DNA of 56,161 nt from an uncultured Elusimicrobiales bacterium (lineage in GTDB: Bacteria; Elusimicrobiota; Elusimicrobia; Elusimicrobiales; Elusimicrobiaceae), in the NCBI GenBank assembly GCA_944324105.1, contig CALUVA010000001.1, positions 1 through 56,161 of the forward strand. The letters run 5' to 3'. A program made the translations under genes and the position numbers. Below the pieces are notes generated by a model. The model saw only the letters and a program-made list of their open reading frames with translations, did not search any database and was not told the DNA's origin. Of the stretch, positions 18,561 to 26,914 are shown piece by piece. Position 1 is the stretch's first letter; each line of letters begins with the position of its first letter.

Positions 18561-20111
18561 TTATTTATCTGACAGTTCTGACGAGGAGCTGTTTCCGCTG
18601 TTGGACAGGGCTTCCCCGCTGGAAATAGAGCTGCTGATAGATTCCCGCAAAGAACTAATACCGCTTCCGACACCAGCGCCCTTAACAGCCGCATCCACTG
18701 CGGCGGTAGCTTCGGCAGCACTGCTGGCCCCTCCGCCGACTCCCAATGCGCTGTATACTTTACCCATAACTTTATTAATCCATTTACTGACTCCGGAAAC
18801 AAACATGGCCGCTGCCACACCGGCCGCCATAATTGCACCACCTATAGTAAAGCCAATAGCCGCACCGTCCCAGCCATATTTGCTACCGTATTTGGCCGCA
18901 TCCGCAATAAACAGGCCGACAGCCACTAAAATAGCTGCACCCAGCGCATAAGCTCCTATCATACCCCAAGGCGTGATTTTTTTCAATGCGGAAATGGCAA
19001 TCATACCTGTAATGGTGGTAAACAAGAGAGCAATCATAGTGTTAGCCAAACGCCTTTTATGTTCCGACTTTTCCTGCTCCGTCAAGTCCAATTCATCCAA
19101 TGCATCATTGGCGGCGTTTTCTCTGCCCACCAAATCACTTTCAAAAGAGTCATTGGCTGTTCCTCCGCCCAGTTCTCCTCCAGCACGTGTAGAATCTGAA
19201 GATACCTGCACTCCTCCAGCCTGCACTTCTTTAGCCAGAAATACGCTGGAGCCTTCGTTATCGGAACGATTGGCATTGGCAGCCACCTTGGCCGAAGCCA
19301 AAGCAATATCACGCAAACTTTTTCCTTCACGCGATTTCATACCGGAACCGATACGGGTCTTTGTGTCCCCGGCAATAAAACTAGTGTTCCCCACTCCGCG
19401 TATAGACGAATTGGAAGCGATCAATGTACTTCCTTCCGGCATAGCACCGCTAAAAGAATAAGAACCGGATGTCCCGGCAGAAGTGCCGGAAACGGAGCGG
19501 GAAGAAGATGTCCTCAAAGAGGAAGATGCGCCAAACCCACCGGAATTTCCGGCCCCCAAGTTGCTGCCGGAAGCCCGAGCCATAGACGCACGCTGCAGAG
19601 TAGGAGCGCCCTTGGAGGCTCCGCCCCTGTCTTGTGCCGCGGCAGCCGCAGCGGCTGCTACGGCAGAACCGTCCACCCCAGTCCGGCCCGCCAACGGTTT
19701 ACCGTCAGGTCCCAATTCAACGGCGGCATTGGCGCCCATACCCAAACCACTTTCCCCGGCACCCAAAGCACGCCCCTGCACGGTAAAACTATTTAAGGCC
19801 CCTTCCAGCCCGGCCACCTGTCCTTCCCCACCGTCAAAAGCCGTTCCCTGACGAGCGGCAATTTCTTCGGCCGAGGCAAACTGCGTAGCGCCCATGGCGA
19901 TATTAATACTGTTATCTCCCGGCAAGGTCCCGCCAGAAGCCAGAACCTCAGCAAAAGAGCGTACACGCACATCCTGCGCAGCGGGGGCGGAGTTCATATA
20001 ATTATAAAAATTCAGGCCGACCGCCCCCACTACCAGGGCCATACCTGCCGTTTTCGTGGCATTTAAGCTGACTGCCCCGATACGGCTTTTTAAAAAGTTA
20101 AATAAGTTCAT
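18561..20111 (-). CDS. Gly/Ser/Ala-rich membrane protein (516 aa) with C-terminal hydrophobic helices; paralog of 20141..21520
   Basis: N-terminal hydrophobic segment; GLGMGANAA, MARASG.NL and RSDNEG motifs; about three hydrophobic helices near the C-terminus; GGAGG RBS. Confidence 0.85.
   Translation of the reverse strand: MNLFNFLKSRIGAVSLNATKTAGMALVVGAVGLNFYNYMNSAPAAQDVRVRSFAEVLASGGTLPGDNSINIAMGATQFASAEEIAARQGTAFDGGEGQVAGLEGALNSFTVQGRALGAGESGLGMGANAAVELGPDGKPLAGRTGVDGSAVAAAAAAAAQDRGGASKGAPTLQRASMARASGSNLGAGNSGGFGASSSLRTSSSRSVSGTSAGTSGSYSFSGAMPEGSTLIASNSSIRGVGNTSFIAGDTKTRIGSGMKSREGKSLRDIALASAKVAANANRSDNEGSSVFLAKEVQAGGVQVSSDSTRAGGELGGGTANDSFESDLVGRENAANDALDELDLTEQEKSEHKRRLANTMIALLFTTITGMIAISALKKITPWGMIGAYALGAAILVAVGLFIADAAKYGSKYGWDGAAIGFTIGGAIMAAGVAAAMFVSGVSKWINKVMGKVYSALGVGGGASSAAEATAAVDAAVKGAGVGSGISSLRESISSSISSGEALSNSGNSSSSELSDK
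19722..19750. repeat. 29-nt direct repeat, copy 1 (encodes GLGMGANAA)
   Basis: ggcggcattggcgcccatacccaaaccac; 28/29 identical to 21104-21132. Confidence 0.8.
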
Positions 20112-20140
20112 AAGGCCTCCATTTTATCATACGGCTTTCA

Positions 20141-21520
20141 TTATATAAACGCACCTGCGTCGCCCCAATATTCCCGTCCTTTATCTTTAGCTCTTTTCTT
20201 AGGCTGGCCAAACAGCCACAAGCCACCGAACACGTCATCCACCGTTTCACGGGATACCTTGGCATATCCTCCCTGAGTGTTCGTTTGTTCAAAACTGGAA
20301 TCTCCCCAAGTATCTTCAAAAGATTGGATTTGTTTGCGCAAGCTGTTTCGTTCTCTCACTTTGGCCGCATAGCCTATCCAGGCAAACAGGGGGCTGGACA
20401 TAGACCAATTATTACAGCTTTTCACAAAATCTTTAATTCGCTGTCTCAACTGTTCACGGGCTTCCTCATAAGCCTCTTCCATAGTCTGCAGGGATTCCCC
20501 AGCAGCGCCCAAACCGCTTAAAATGCTGTCCGTAGAAAAATCATCCGAACTGGCACTGCCCGTAGTCAGTTGTTCCCCGTCATTTAAACGAATACCTCCG
20601 GACAGCTGCGAACTGGCCAAAAAGGCTTTGGTCCCCTCATTGGCAGAACGCGTTCCGTAACGGGCGATATCAGCCGACTGTTTTTGTAATCCGGCCAGAG
20701 ACGCCTCCGCATCCATACGGCGTCCGAAACCAATGGATGAGCCCCGCCCTCCTTCAAACCGTACATTGCCGGAAGCAGGGTCCAAACTGCCGGGAATGCC
20801 GCCAGGCTGCCCTGCTCCGCCTAAAACGCCGGAAGGGCTGACGGAAGTGCCTTCCCGTCCGCTGCCAGCCTGCAACGGCGTAGAATTTAAATTATGGCCG
20901 GAAGCGCGGGCCATTCCATCTGCCATGCCCCATTTTCCGGCTCCTTTGCCCTGTAATGCCGCAGCGGCCTGGGAGGCGACATCACCCGCAGCTCCGGCAG
21001 CGGCTAAAGCTTCCTTCTGTTTTGCAGCCATGGACGCCTGCAAAGCCGCAATTTGTTGCTGTACGCCACTCATATCCGCATTTCCGCCCAAAGCCATTTC
21101 GTGGGCGGCATTGGCGCCCATGCCCAAACCACCGGAAACGCCGTCCATTTTAAACGCCTGAACTTGCTGTTCCTGTTGCACGAAAGCAGGATTGTTCGCC
21201 TCTACTTCAGCCCGGGCGGCGTCCTCCTGCATAAGCTGCATGTCATGCGACATTTTAGCCCGAATACCAGACTGGACCTCTCCTCCAGCCCCATAGTTAC
21301 CAGACGCATAACCGCCCATGCCAGCTCCACCGGCCACATATACAATTTCCTGGTTATCCGTGGACGAAAAAACCGTATTCAGCGACGGTTCGGAAGAAGA
21401 CCCCATCATCTGCCAGGCGGCAATGCCAGCCACGCCAACAGCAGCCGACAGCCCCACTGCCTGCATAGCGGACAGGGCCATTTTTCCCGTCTTGCGTCTT
21501 AAAAAATTCATTATATTCAT
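20141..21520 (-). CDS. Gly/Ser/Ala-rich membrane-anchored protein (459 aa); paralog of 18561..20111
   Basis: MNIMNFLRRKTG plus hydrophobic segment; GLGMGANAA, MARASGHNL and RSANEG motifs; AGGAG RBS. Confidence 0.85.
   Translation of the reverse strand: MNIMNFLRRKTGKMALSAMQAVGLSAAVGVAGIAAWQMMGSSSEPSLNTVFSSTDNQEIVYVAGGAGMGGYASGNYGAGGEVQSGIRAKMSHDMQLMQEDAARAEVEANNPAFVQQEQQVQAFKMDGVSGGLGMGANAAHEMALGGNADMSGVQQQIAALQASMAAKQKEALAAAGAAGDVASQAAAALQGKGAGKWGMADGMARASGHNLNSTPLQAGSGREGTSVSPSGVLGGAGQPGGIPGSLDPASGNVRFEGGRGSSIGFGRRMDAEASLAGLQKQSADIARYGTRSANEGTKAFLASSQLSGGIRLNDGEQLTTGSASSDDFSTDSILSGLGAAGESLQTMEEAYEEAREQLRQRIKDFVKSCNNWSMSSPLFAWIGYAAKVRERNSLRKQIQSFEDTWGDSSFEQTNTQGGYAKVSRETVDDVFGGLWLFGQPKKRAKDKGREYWGDAGAFI
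21104..21132. repeat. 29-nt direct repeat, copy 2
   Basis: ggcggcattggcgcccatgcccaaaccac. Confidence 0.8.
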
Positions 21521-21532
21521 AATCCGCTCCTG

Positions 21533-23104
21533 TTATTGCTTATTGACCCAGCGTCCTTCCTTGATAGTATAAGTAACGCCGTCTATTGTATATGCAGCCC
21601 CTTCAGCCATATATTTTGGATCCGGCAAGGAAGGCTTATGGCCTCCCCAGTCCCAGCTCCCACCTTTATAATTTGCTTTATTTGTGCTTTTCCAACCGGA
21701 TACAATTTCCGGGTTATTAACCTTCCAAGAATCTTTAAAAGCAGAATAACGGGTTTCATTAACTTTTCCCAAATTTTCCATCTGATCTGCCCCTAAAGTC
21801 AATGTCTTTGTTTCACTCTGCGAGTTAACTGTCTGGCCGTTAAGCGTATAACTGTATTTTCCCTGCTCTCCAGATCTCGTAATATTCAAAGTACTCAATT
21901 CATCAGCACTCATTGTTTCCAATGCATCGTAATTCAAAGTTCCTCCCAGTTTACTATTGCTACTGGGGGTATCGTTTAATGATTTACTAAACTGAGCTCC
22001 CACCTCTTGGTCAATTTGAGCATTGGTCTGGCGGTTAACCGCCATGCTCATTTCTATTTGGTTTCCGGCCCAGGTTTGAAACATATTCAACCCAACATCT
22101 GCAAGTTTTTGAATCAACTTCACAACCATATCTTTCCAAATTTGGTCTTCCGCTTCCTGTTGTTCCTTTTTTTGGGCTTTATCCCCGGCATCTTTCAGAC
22201 CTTTTTCCAAAGCATCCGAGCCAATACCGCTGACGGGGGCATTGGTATCCAGGTTCAGACCGGTAGCTTTAGACAAATCCACCGCACCGCTGTCGCTCAA
22301 AAAGGCGTCGCTGCCCTTAATATTCCCTCCCATCATGGCCTTTTTTGCATTCACCAGCCGGTTGTCCCTCTGGCCAGCCGCAGCGCGGCTGCCTACAGCC
22401 GCATGAAACAGAGCCTGACGCGCATTGCCGGTACCGCGTCCCTGTTGGGGATTAAATACATCCTGTCCCTTCTCTTGGCTGCGAAAATTGGAAAAATCAC
22501 CGGAAGGGCCAAATGTACCGCTGACGCCGGAACCGCTGGCACTTTTCAAATTCGCGCTGTTTAACGTATTTACTTGCGTCGGAGTAACAGAACCGGATCC
22601 TCCCCCGTAATACCGCCCCGGCACATACTGGGAAGCTGTAGATGAAGCGGCGGTCTCCTCTGCGGCTGCCGCTTCTTCGGCAGCAGCCTCAGCATCTTCG
22701 CTCTGACGCAAAGCTTTATCCTCCGGAGTATACAACCCGGAAGCATTGGTGTTTTGCATATCTGGATATTTGGAAGCTAATAAATATTGTTCTGCCTCAT
22801 CGGAAGAAAATGGCATATTGGCCAAATCATAGCCTCGGGTTTCAAAAGAAGAGAAATCTTCTTCATCTGAACCTATGACAGAGCACAATGTCAACAGCGC
22901 CACCAGCGCCACCACGGCTACTGCTCCCCAGGTATATGCCTGTTTGCGGTCCATTTTATTGAGTTTTGCCCAGGTTTTCCCTAAAGCTGCAAATGGGGCA
23001 GGCTTTTTGCTTTGTCCGTTTGTGCCCGCCGCAGCAGCGGGTTTTTTTCCTTCATTGGTCTGCTTACCAGCGCGGACCTTGGATTTATTAAACAGATTCA
23101 ACAT
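21533..23104 (-). CDS. Membrane-anchored Gly/Ser-rich hypothetical protein; distant paralog of 13034..16696
   Basis: Start revised to ATG 23104 (GAGGTG RBS); TM WGAVAVVALVALLTLCSVIG; shared TPT.[VI]N.L..A.L motif. Confidence 0.85.
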   Translation of the reverse strand: MLNLFNKSKVRAGKQTNEGKKPAAAAGTNGQSKKPAPFAALGKTWAKLNKMDRKQAYTWGAVAVVALVALLTLCSVIGSDEEDFSSFETRGYDLANMPFSSDEAEQYLLASKYPDMQNTNASGLYTPEDKALRQSEDAEAAAEEAAAAEETAASSTASQYVPGRYYGGGSGSVTPTQVNTLNSANLKSASGSGVSGTFGPSGDFSNFRSQEKGQDVFNPQQGRGTGNARQALFHAAVGSRAAAGQRDNRLVNAKKAMMGGNIKGSDAFLSDSGAVDLSKATGLNLDTNAPVSGIGSDALEKGLKDAGDKAQKKEQQEAEDQIWKDMVVKLIQKLADVGLNMFQTWAGNQIEMSMAVNRQTNAQIDQEVGAQFSKSLNDTPSSNSKLGGTLNYDALETMSADELSTLNITRSGEQGKYSYTLNGQTVNSQSETKTLTLGADQMENLGKVNETRYSAFKDSWKVNNPEIVSGWKSTNKANYKGGSWDWGGHKPSLPDPKYMAEGAAYTIDGVTYTIKEGRWVNKQ

Positions 23105-23215
23105 AACGCCACCTCTGCACATAGATATAAAAATTCACTCTTGCTGACCCGTAAAGACAAATACCTTACGCTCAAACACAGAGTTTAAATTTTACGCACA
23201 TAAAGTGCTACTAGT

Positions 23216-23244
23216 AGTATAAACGGATTTGGGACGTTTGTCAA
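23216..23244 (-). promoter_or_regulatory. Near-consensus sigma70 promoter for the six-gene cluster
   Basis: Minus strand TTGACA (23244-23239), 17 nt spacer, TATACT (23221-23216). Confidence 0.8.
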
Positions 23245-23251
23245 CCCCCAA

Positions 23252-23785
23252 TCAACCGTCCGGGCGCACATAGGGCAATACGCGCTCATTGGGACCTACA
23301 TATTTAATAACCTGCAGCTGCCCGCCCTTTTCACACAAAAATTCATACCCTTTCAGGCAGCTCATGTCATTGTCACAAATCTGCAATTTATTGTAATCGC
23401 ATAAAAATTTAATACGCGGCGGACGAGTATTAACCGTCAGGGTAACGCGAGTCCAGGTTCCGGAAGTGTTAATGTCCACCTTCACGCTGCGCAAACTCAA
23501 AAAGCGGCGCATACCGGCATTGTTAAATCCCAGATAATCTTCCACTTTTTTCTGTATGTCTTTCGTCAGAAACCGACGATCCCAGCGCTGCAGATAATCC
23601 GTTACATGGCTCTGCAACTGATAACGGCGCGCCGCATAAAAACCGGCAATTTCCATTTTTTGAGAAAGCACCAACAAGCCGAAAATTTTAATAATAAATA
23701 AAATAAAAATAACTAACACCGGAAACAACAACACCGTTTCGGTGGTTGCCTGGCCTTTACGGGAAATAAAAAAATGTTTCATCAC
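23252..23785 (-). CDS. tadE: TadE-like minor pilin
   Basis: RKG|QATTE prepilin motif, hydrophobic helix, AARR motif, four Cys. Confidence 0.85.
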   Translation of the reverse strand: MMKHFFISRKGQATTETVLLFPVLVIFILFIIKIFGLLVLSQKMEIAGFYAARRYQLQSHVTDYLQRWDRRFLTKDIQKKVEDYLGFNNAGMRRFLSLRSVKVDINTSGTWTRVTLTVNTRPPRIKFLCDYNKLQICDNDMSCLKGYEFLCEKGGQLQVIKYVGPNERVLPYVRPDG

Positions 23786-24897
23786 GGGCCCACCTTCACA
23801 CTGTATTTAGAAATAGGATTGGGCCAGACACAGTTGTTACTGGAGCGAGGACAGCTGACCGATACAGTATTGCGCACATACGGATGATAACGCTGCGTCA
23901 GATTAATATTAAAGCGGTTGGCGGGCAGCGTATATTTTTGCTTCAGCGTTACGCCACGTGCCAGACGGCGCAGCCTGGAACGGCTGGCGCCGTCCAAATA
24001 TGCAAACTGAAACAATTTTTCATTTGCCAGTTCCGTATCCGTAAAGTCCAAAGCAGACGCTCCGGAATGCCAGTTCCTACCGGCGTAAGTATTGGAAAAA
24101 TAAAAACGTATCTTGCCGAACGGGACTTCAAAAGGCTTGGTTTCAAGCTCGTATTGATCCAGAGTTTGCGCCGCCTGCTGACCGCATTTGGCTTTGCTGC
24201 AATTACGAGTGTTTAAATAATAACTTTGGCGGAACATACGGGAATTTTTAATTGTATCTTCATACACATAATTTTGGGAGGCGTAAATGGAACCCGTACG
24301 GATAAACATGGTCAAATATTCCCGCAAGGCCGTCATAGCCGTATCAGTTATACCAAAGAAATAATTATTCGCCAAATCTTTATCCGAGATAACATACATG
24401 CCGTCTTCGTCATAGGAGTCCGAAGGCTCTTCCTTGGCCCAGTTGGCGCGCTTGCCGCCATAGTATTGAAAGTTCCAATCATCTGAGGTTGGAGACGGGG
24501 ACGGGTTGGATACCGCACCGCTGGGACCTAAATCATGCTTCGGCCCAATTGCAGGAAATCCCCCCGCCTTATAAAAAATATCAAATATAGTAATCGGTTC
24601 CGGGTCCTCAACTGTTTCTTTGGCAGGAGGCTGAAAACTCATGGTTTTCATTACGCGGTAAGGCAGTGGGCCGTTTACCTGGGCCACTGCATTTAAATAA
24701 CCGCTGGTAGTAGACATCTGAGAATAAGCCCCGTTGTCCAAAGCAAATTGTTCACGTATTTTGCTCATGGACAGTTTAGAGGTTTCAAACAACAGGTAAA
24801 TCAGCAGCATAAAAACAGGCGCAAGCATGACTGCGGGCAACAAAACCTGCGCCCGGCGGCTGAGAATCGTCTGTTTAATGATACGACACGCACTCAT
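23782..24897 (-). CDS. TadG-like large pseudopilin / tip protein
   Basis: Start revised to ATG 24897; RRA|QVLLP leader, hydrophobic helix, Q.ALD.GAYS (TadG-like QxAxD), Cys pairs. Confidence 0.7.
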   Translation of the reverse strand: MSACRIIKQTILSRRAQVLLPAVMLAPVFMLLIYLLFETSKLSMSKIREQFALDNGAYSQMSTTSGYLNAVAQVNGPLPYRVMKTMSFQPPAKETVEDPEPITIFDIFYKAGGFPAIGPKHDLGPSGAVSNPSPSPTSDDWNFQYYGGKRANWAKEEPSDSYDEDGMYVISDKDLANNYFFGITDTAMTALREYLTMFIRTGSIYASQNYVYEDTIKNSRMFRQSYYLNTRNCSKAKCGQQAAQTLDQYELETKPFEVPFGKIRFYFSNTYAGRNWHSGASALDFTDTELANEKLFQFAYLDGASRSRLRRLARGVTLKQKYTLPANRFNINLTQRYHPYVRNTVSVSCPRSSNNCVWPNPISKYSVKVGP

Positions 24898-24899
24898 AT

Positions 24900-25079
24900 T
24901 TACCTGGTTAACAGTTGGCCTACAAACATAAAGAACCAACGCACTATATCGGTATGAAATGCGGTAATAAAAGCAGACAATATGACCAAAATGCTGCCCA
25001 GCATCAAGACATATTCAATAGACGCTTGGCCGCGCCGGCTCTGCCGGACACGGCGCAAAACCGCTTTTACCGCGTTCAT
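24900..25079 (-). CDS. Flp-type pilin (59 aa), not in the ORF track
   Basis: MNAVKAVLRRVRQSRRG|QASIEYVLMLGSILVILSAFITAFHTDIVRWFFMFVGQLLTR*; fills the gap between neighbouring genes. Confidence 0.85.
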   Translation of the reverse strand: MNAVKAVLRRVRQSRRGQASIEYVLMLGSILVILSAFITAFHTDIVRWFFMFVGQLLTR

Positions 25080-25084
25080 AGTAT

Positions 25085-25768
25085 TTATTCTTCGTCCTCA
25101 AATTTAGTACCTTCCGAAGAGATCAGACCTTTCTCTATAGCCTTGACCACTGCTTCGGTACGGCTGCTGACTCCCAATTTATGGAAAGCGCTGTTCAAAT
25201 GGTTTTTAATTGTTTTGACACTGCACCCCAACTCTTTGGCCAGCTCTTTATTGCTCATACCTTTGCCCAAAAGATCCATGACTTTGATTTCTGTTTTGGT
25301 CAGTGTGGCTTGACTGGGCATGCCGCCCTCTCCCATACGGCGCAAACCATGCAATAGTTTGCCCATAAGCTGCTGGGGAATCATGAGCCCTTCTGCCGTA
25401 AAAGTCTTGATGGAATTAACCAGCTCCGCCGCCGGCAGCATTTTGGACAAATAACCGTTGGCGCCGGCTTGAATAGCGTCCAGCACATGGGCTTCGTCTT
25501 CAAAAGAAGAAAGCATCAGAACATTTACTTCCGGCACGGCAGCACGGATCTGTTTGGTGGCGGAGATACCGTCCATTTTCGGCAGTTTAATATCCATCAG
25601 CACCACATCGGGTTTAAGCTTTTTGGCCAGGGCTACGGCTTCCAGGCCGTCGGCAGCTTCTCCCACCACTTCTATCCATTTCTCGCCGCTGAGCACGTCC
25701 CGGATACCTTCACGGAAAAGCGTCTGGTCATCGGCAATAAGTACTTTGACTTTTTTCTTTTTGTTCAT
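25085..25768 (-). CDS. NarL/LuxR-family response regulator
   Basis: REC domain (ADDQ, LMDIKLP) plus LuxR HTH (LTKTE...GMSNKELA...KTIKNH). Confidence 0.95.
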   Translation of the reverse strand: MNKKKKVKVLIADDQTLFREGIRDVLSGEKWIEVVGEAADGLEAVALAKKLKPDVVLMDIKLPKMDGISATKQIRAAVPEVNVLMLSSFEDEAHVLDAIQAGANGYLSKMLPAAELVNSIKTFTAEGLMIPQQLMGKLLHGLRRMGEGGMPSQATLTKTEIKVMDLLGKGMSNKELAKELGCSVKTIKNHLNSAFHKLGVSSRTEAVVKAIEKGLISSEGTKFEDEE

Positions 25769-25792
25769 GTGTTCGCTCCGTCCTGCGTGAAA

Positions 25793-26914
25793 TTAATTGC
25801 CGCTTATCGGCAAGGTAAAATTAAACGTGGCGCCCTGCCCCAGGCCTTTGCTCTGCGCCCAGATACGTCCGCCGTGATTGGTTACAATATCCTTGGCGAT
25901 AGACAGTCCCAGCCCCAAACGGCCCACGCGATTTTTGTCCCCCACCTGCGTGAAACTGGTAAAAAGCTCCGGCGCCTTATCAGGGTCAATACCGTCCCCG
26001 GAGTCCGTTACCGACACTTTAGCATTTTTTTCGTCCAGTTTGCTCACTGTTACGTCAATGCGACCATTGTCAGGCGTATGCCGCACGGCATTTTCCAAAA
26101 TATTGGAAATTACCTGACGTATGCGTTTCTCGTCAGCAAATACCGGAATTTCTCCTACGCTTTCAAACGTTACGACTATACCGCGTTTGCTGGCTTTGTC
26201 TTTAAAAATTTCAGCGGTTTTTTTCAGACTGGCCGTCAATTCAAAGTTGGCCTTTTCAATGCGGAGTTTTCCCTTTTCAATAGCGGCCCAGTCCACCAGA
26301 TCTTTAATTAAATGTTCTATTTGTCCGATACTCTCATCCATGTATGACATTTTTTTAGCCTGGTCTTCATCCGGAGTCATTCTCTTCTTAAGCATATCAA
26401 AACTCATTTTCAACGTCATCAACGAGTTAGACAAATCGTGGGATACTATGGAAAAGAATTTAGATTTCATATTATTAAGCCGGTCCAAATCTGCATTGCG
26501 CAGTTTTAACTGGGCCAACAATTCTTTATTGCTCTGTTCCAGGAAGTATTTATCCAACGCGCGGTTAATGGTGCGTTTTAAATAATCAAAGTCCACCGGT
26601 TTAATCAAAAAATCGTACACCGATTCTTTCATCGCCTCCATGATGGAATTAAGCGACGCATAGGCCGTGATCATTAAAATCTGGCTGTCCTGGTTAAAAG
26701 CGCGGATTTTTCGGATTAAATCCAACCCGGTTTCATCGGGCAGGTTATAGTCCATCAAAATGATGTTAAAAAACTCCGAAGCGACTAAATCCAGGCATTC
26801 TTTTCCATCTCCGGCCTGATATACTTTATAACCTTCTATTTCCAAAAGGTCAGCCAGTGTTTCGCGCAGGTTATTGTCATCATCCACCACCAAAATTTTG
26901 ACTTGCTTATCCAT
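25793..26914 (-). CDS. Cytoplasmic hybrid kinase (REC-HisKA-HATPase)
   Basis: Start revised to ATG 26914 (MDKQVKIL); VDDD and MDYNLP receiver, SHDL H-box, ENAVRH, DSGDGI, GLGLSI. Confidence 0.92.
   Translation of the reverse strand: MDKQVKILVVDDDNNLRETLADLLEIEGYKVYQAGDGKECLDLVASEFFNIILMDYNLPDETGLDLIRKIRAFNQDSQILMITAYASLNSIMEAMKESVYDFLIKPVDFDYLKRTINRALDKYFLEQSNKELLAQLKLRNADLDRLNNMKSKFFSIVSHDLSNSLMTLKMSFDMLKKRMTPDEDQAKKMSYMDESIGQIEHLIKDLVDWAAIEKGKLRIEKANFELTASLKKTAEIFKDKASKRGIVVTFESVGEIPVFADEKRIRQVISNILENAVRHTPDNGRIDVTVSKLDEKNAKVSVTDSGDGIDPDKAPELFTSFTQVGDKNRVGRLGLGLSIAKDIVTNHGGRIWAQSKGLGQGATFNFTLPISGN

Noticed and set aside
23123-23210. Small tandem hairpins in the leader of the six-gene cluster as a riboswitch
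   Set aside because: Stems are short and AU/GU-rich and match no aptamer I recognise
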